Origin: Polyangiaceae bacterium
GTDB taxonomy: Bacteria; Myxococcota_A; Polyangia; Polyangiales; Polyangiaceae
Assembly: GCA_044376115.1 (NCBI GenBank)
Contig: JBILLK010000004.1
Span: 224,001 to 288,000, forward strand
DNA: 64,000 nucleotides
Direction: 5' to 3'
In this document: piece by piece, positions 62,298-64,000 of the stretch
Position numbering within the stretch: the stretch's first letter is position 1
How the letters are laid out: the number at the start of each line of letters is the position of its first letter
Translations under genes and position numbers: made by a program
The notes under the pieces: model-generated
Told to the model about the DNA's origin: nothing
What the model saw: the letters and a program-made list of their open reading frames with translations, nothing else
Database searches by the model: none

Positions 62298-64000
62298 GCG
62301 CGAACGGCGTTGACCACGGCGTCCGCGAGATTCTGCCGGTAGTCCGCCTTGGCCAGACGAGCCTCGTCTTCGGGGTTCGAGATGAAGGAGGTCTCGAACA
62401 ACACCGCCGGCATCTCCGCGCCCATCAGCACATAGAAGCCGGCAGACTTGAGACCGTGGTCGCTTACGTCGGGGTAGCGTGAGCGGAGCGAAGCGAGCGC
62501 CGACTTCTCGAGCAATAGGCCCAGACGACGCGAAGACGCGCCGATCTCGCCCGAGCGGAGCCGGCTAGCGATCGACGCCATTTCGGCGTCGAGGGCGCCG
62601 TCGAGCGACTTGGAGCGCACCCCGTTCTCGAGCGCGGCGATCCGCGAGTTGGCCCGATTCATGTCGCGGTCGTGATCGAGCACAAACACCTCGATCCCGC
62701 GCGCGTCGCCATTCTCGCTGGCGTTGCAATGAATCGAAACGAACAGATCGGCGTGGAAGGCATTTGCGCGCGCAGTACGCTCCTCGAGCGGGATGAACAC
62801 GTCGTCATCCCGCGTCAGGATCGTCTCCAGGTTCAGCTCCGACGAAAGCAGCGACGCCGCCCGCCGCGCCACGTCGAGAGCCACCTCCTTCTCGGTGAGG
62901 CCCGTCGGGCCCACAGCGCCCGAGTCGTGCCCGCCGTGGCCCGGGTCGATCGCGACACGCCTCAAGCCGGCGGGAGAGGCGGAAGCAGAGGCCGTCGCTG
63001 CAGCCGAGTTCGTTGCGTCGATCACGATGCGGAAAGGCTCCGGGAGGTAGTACACCTTGCGTGAGAGGCTCTCAGCGAGATCCAAGACGATGCGGGCTCC
63101 CTTGTCGCGAGGAGCCACGCGAACTCGCTTGATGGCCCCACCGACCTCGATCTCGCGCTTGACGCCCTTGACCTTTGCGCGGTCGATATCGACGTAGATG
63201 CGTGCGTCCTTTGACGTTGTTGCATCTTTGGCGAGCGCCCCGGCTTGGAAGGTGGTCGGGCCACTGAGGTGAACCACCACCCGTCCACCGCCCTCCGCCG
63301 GGTAGGTGTCGATCTTGGTCACTTTCACAGGCTCGTCGCTGACTTTGAGCGCGCTCGGGGACACCACCAGATCGGCGGAAGGAGCGGCCGGAAGCGGTAG
63401 CGCAACACTGGCGGAAGCAAGCGCGGGACCTGGGACAGAAGGTTCATTGCGACGGGCCAAGCGGGTGGCCTCGGCCAGCGCCTCGCCGGAGAGCCGAAAG
63501 GCCGAAAGCAGCTCGAGATCGGCGACCAATCCCCGAACGCATGCACTTTCCCCCGCCTGCTCGAGGGGCTCGGCCCGTACCTTCGCTTGGTGGAGTTCAC
63601 GCCAGCTGAGCTGGGCGTCGTGGTGCAACTCGCCGAGCAGCTTGGCTCGCGTGCGCTCACTCTCACACGCGGTCTCCTTGCCCTTCTGAGCGCGAGCAGC
63701 GTCGGCGAGCAGCGTAAGAGCCTCATGCGCATCCGCTTCGACGTGCAGCGAGCGAAAGCTTCGAAGCCGCAATTCGGCGGCGGTGCGATAGAGCCGAGCC
63801 TGTTCTTCGGCGTTGCTTTCTTTGAGTGCTTCAACCGCAACCGCTTGCGCGAGAGCGGCCAGCTCAGCTCGCGGTGGAAGCTCGCTCGTGCCTTGCAAGA
63901 GGGCTCGGGCCTGCTCCAGGGGCGAATTTGCTGGAGCCGGAGGCAACGGGGCTGACTCGCAAGCAAGCACGCAGGCCACACTCAGAAAAAAAGCCCTCAC
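62279..64000 (-). CDS. N-acetylmuramoyl-L-alanine amidase (Amidase_3 plus AMIN-like domain), lipoprotein-like N-terminus
   Basis: IDPGHGGHDSGA, EK, LTRDDD, FVSIHCNA, LFETSFISN; start lies at the window edge. Confidence 0.93.
   Translation of the reverse strand: MRAFFLSVACVLACESAPLPPAPANSPLEQARALLQGTSELPPRAELAALAQAVAVEALKESNAEEQARLYRTAAELRLRSFRSLHVEADAHEALTLLADAARAQKGKETACESERTRAKLLGELHHDAQLSWRELHQAKVRAEPLEQAGESACVRGLVADLELLSAFRLSGEALAEATRLARRNEPSVPGPALASASVALPLPAAPSADLVVSPSALKVSDEPVKVTKIDTYPAEGGGRVVVHLSGPTTFQAGALAKDATTSKDARIYVDIDRAKVKGVKREIEVGGAIKRVRVAPRDKGARIVLDLAESLSRKVYYLPEPFRIVIDATNSAAATASASASPAGLRRVAIDPGHGGHDSGAVGPTGLTEKEVALDVARRAASLLSSELNLETILTRDDDVFIPLEERTARANAFHADLFVSIHCNASENGDARGIEVFVLDHDRDMNRANSRIAALENGVRSKSLDGALDAEMASIASRLRSGEIGASSRRLGLLLEKSALASLRSRYPDVSDHGLKSAGFYVLMGAEMPAVLFETSFISNPEDEARLAKADYRQNLADAVVNAVRAYREGK

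Overview
High-GC bacterial core-chromosome segment. It is most consistent with Myxococcota (Polyangiales-like), inferred from a MYXO-CTERM-type S8 protease, an FHA-domain sigma54 activator, a Hanks kinase, a PrkA AAA protein and many Cys-rich lipoproteins. Housekeeping content includes tRNA-Gly(GCC), tRNA-Met(CAT), tRNA-Ile2(CAT), glgA, RluA, purH, tig-clpP-clpX-lon, parA-parB, glnD, alpha-2-macroglobulin-pbpC, xerD, rpmB, queG, rimM-trmD, tatD, uvrA, dksA and an amidase. I saw no transposase, prophage or CRISPR array. Four candidates look most like undescribed biology. (1) A compact four-gene run: a ParA ATPase fused to two TRASH-like Cys motifs, an RHH protein, a Roadblock-like protein and a 70-aa protein (4629-6890). 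(2) A readable sigma54 circuit: an FHA activator, tandem dyad enhancer sites and a -24/-12 promoter upstream of a two-CxxCH lipoprotein and a Tat-exported DUF1501-like protein (24264-29577). (3) An intergenic element present twice (about 42.1 and 56.7 kb) with a compensatory base change in its stem. (4) A coupled operon of two apparently degenerate enzymes, DUF72-like and GGT-like, with N-formylglutamate amidohydrolase. All family calls come from motif recognition by eye; no searches were run.
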